A DNA stretch of 64,000 nucleotides from a virus, in the IMG/VR virus record IMGVR_UViG_3300045988_171772, positions 190,917-254,916 of that record. One strand, 5' to 3'. Below the pieces are notes generated by a model, which was given only the letters and a program-made list of their open reading frames with translations, was not told where the DNA came from and did no database searches. Numbering within the stretch: the first letter of the stretch is position 1; each line of letters begins with the position of its first letter. Positions 62,854 through 64,000 of this stretch are shown piece by piece. The translations under genes were made by a program, and so were the position numbers.

Positions 62854-63192
62854 GGACTGAAAGTTATGCTCGGCTTGGATAGTAATATCCTTGTGCCTCT
62901 CATTGGCGTTCTTTGAGAGGAATCCCTCGTGAATTGCTGGAATACTCAGACGGTTATAATATCTGAAGGAATCAGCAGCCAAGGTCTTTCTTGTATTTTA
63001 TATAAAAGAAAGATAAGGTTCATCGACTATCGAAAGCTATATAGAAGATCTGTAATCTTCTTGAAGATAAGTCTCTTATAAAAGAGATGAAGCGAGTAAA
63101 GTAGGGAGTAATGCTTCCGAAGTGCGAGGGCACCTATAGTGAGATCAGGTGTATGATATAGTCAGCTAATTAAAAGATTCGAATGTTAAGCG
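62854..63192 (+). ncRNA. group I intron 2 (339 nt, ORF-less, IA-like)
   Basis: The exon end CCGAGU pairs with GCUCGG at 62868-62873 (6 bp, U.G at the splice site). P7 halves are GACTAT (63025-63030) and ATGATATAGTC (63155-63163). The terminal G is at 63192. The intron shares GGAC..AAAGTTATGC, AATCAGCAGC.AAGGTC and CGACTATCGAAAG blocks with intron 1. Confidence 0.75.
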
Positions 63193-63483
63193 ATTAACTT
63201 CGGTTCCTTTATGTATGTCAAAGTGCATGATGTGATTCCCAATATCAATAACAAGACGATGCGTTTGAATACCCGCGTGATTCGGACAATGGCCGCAGAC
63301 TTTGATGGCGACCAGCTCAACATGTTCAGAGTCATCGGGAAAGATCTCAATAAGAGATTTGCTCGTACCATGGATCCTCGATACAATCTCTACATTGACC
63401 GCATCAATGGTAGAGTGAATGAAGACATGTTACCTCTGAAGGATGAGGTGGTAGGATTCTGGTTCTTTAATTCCTGTGATTAA
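63193..63483 (+). CDS. rpoC: RNAP beta-prime N-terminal half, exon 3 (catalytic DFDGD loop); the protein ends about 50 aa later
   Basis: INFGSFMYVKVHDVIP...MAADFDGDQLNMF...PLKDEVVGFWFFN matches LGIQAFEPVLIEG...YNADFDGDQMAVH...PSQDVVLGLYYMT. The three exons sum to 1476 nt, giving 491 aa plus a stop. Confidence 0.8.
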   Translation: MNFGSFMYVKVHDVIPNINNKTMRLNTRVIRTMAADFDGDQLNMFRVIGKDLNKRFARTMDPRYNLYIDRINGRVNEDMLPLKDEVVGFWFFNSCD

Positions 63484-63604
63484 TAAATACGCAGAAAAGA
63501 AATTAATCAAATAAGAGAAATAAATGGGTATATCCAAGATCTAGAGAAAGGATAGATTCTTGGATATACCCATCTTTTTTATTTTATATAGGAAAGAAGC
63601 TTAC

Positions 63605-64000
63605 TTAGGGAATATCAGGGACAGAAGATCCCCAAGATGTGTCTACGACGACAGAATTGCTGAGGCTATTCAGCAAAGTCTTGTCAGCGCCAGACATGAA
63701 ACCAGCCGTAGAAGTTGTAGCATAGTTGTGAGTGTGAGAAACCGAAGCTTTTCCATTCAGAGCGTTGGTAACGACAGAGTTACGGACAGGGTTCTTGCTG
63801 GAAGTAGACAGAGAAATATCCACTGTAGTCTTATTGGCTCCAGTCTCGATACCATTCAACTTGGTCTTGTCCGCAGTGGACATCAGGCCGGGAGTAGAGG
63901 TAGTAGCTTCCTCGTAGGTGGTATTCTCAGGAGTACCCCAGGTACCATCAGCCTTCAGGAACTTAGCCTGATCACCCTTCGCAGGAGCCGGAACCAGACC
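63605..64000 (-). CDS. tail fibre paralogue, 5' end lies beyond the window edge
   Basis: The frame is open to the window edge and encodes GLVPAPAKGDQAKFLKADGTWGTPENTTYEEATTSTPGLMSTADKTKLNGIE...SHTHNYATTSTAG...DTSWGSSVPDIP. Confidence 0.8.
   Translation of the reverse strand, partial: GLVPAPAKGDQAKFLKADGTWGTPENTTYEEATTSTPGLMSTADKTKLNGIETGANKTTVDISLSTSSKNPVRNSVVTNALNGKASVSHTHNYATTSTAGFMSGADKTLLNSLSNSVVVDTSWGSSVPDIP

Noticed and set aside
61106-62982. Minus-strand ORFs 61106..61828 (240 aa) and 62617..62982 (121 aa)
   Set aside because: They lie antisense to beta-prime exons 1 and 2, whose plus-strand frames contain the zinc finger and the conserved RVD(Y/F)S.R and NR.P(S/T) regions.
62136-63192. 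Intron-encoded homing endonuclease
   Set aside because: Neither intron contains an ORF beyond short read-through of the upstream exon (9 and 21 codons). No LAGLIDADG, GIY-YIG or HNH motif is visible.
1-64000. Integrase, transposase, IS elements or prophage attachment sites
   Set aside because: No recombinase or transposase motifs and no terminal inverted repeats flanking a gene set were seen. The only candidates for mobility are the two introns and the palindrome-flanked cassette reported above.

Overview
This window looks like a segment of a large (jumbo-type) myovirus-like dsDNA phage genome. It is moderately AT-rich, gene-dense and uses strong GGAGG-type ribosome-binding sites. About 50 of roughly 57 genes lie on the minus strand. 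They are interrupted by a few plus-strand islands at 5688-7846, 10740-10976, 13571-14500, 58685-59236 and 61220-63483. Recognisable content falls into three groups. (1) A baseplate and virion block at 1-12700 includes a gp25-like wedge protein. (2) A nucleic-acid metabolism and transcription block at 16300-36500 includes the C-terminal half of a multisubunit RNAP beta subunit, a RecA/UvsX-like recombinase, a PhuZ/TubZ-like tubulin, a second stand-alone RNAP beta C-terminal fragment, GyrA-like and GyrB-like type IIA topoisomerase subunits and thymidylate kinase. (3) A very large tail-fibre module at 36650-51334, with a further fibre gene at 63605-64000, is built from paralogous repeat-rich fibres and includes a 2480-aa giant. 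The window also holds a tail-collar-domain protein, a polyphosphate kinase 1 (PPK1)-like enzyme, and the N-terminal half of RNAP beta-prime, which is interrupted by two homologous ORF-less group I introns. I mapped the intron splice sites by P1 pairing and by restoration of the reading frame and conserved motifs. Most operons are bracketed by clear rho-independent hairpin terminators and by two recurrent AT-rich promoter-like motif classes. The points most worth follow-up are: the twin introns in the split RNAP gene; the tubulin carrying an FtsZ-like C-terminal peptide; the PPK1-like gene; a promoter-plus-terminator-bounded ~280-nt non-coding unit; the fibre paralogue network with a shared N-terminal adaptor and C-terminal tag; three coding-looking frames that lack canonical start codons; and the promoter motifs themselves. 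All functional calls rest on motif-level recognition by eye, because no database search could be run.
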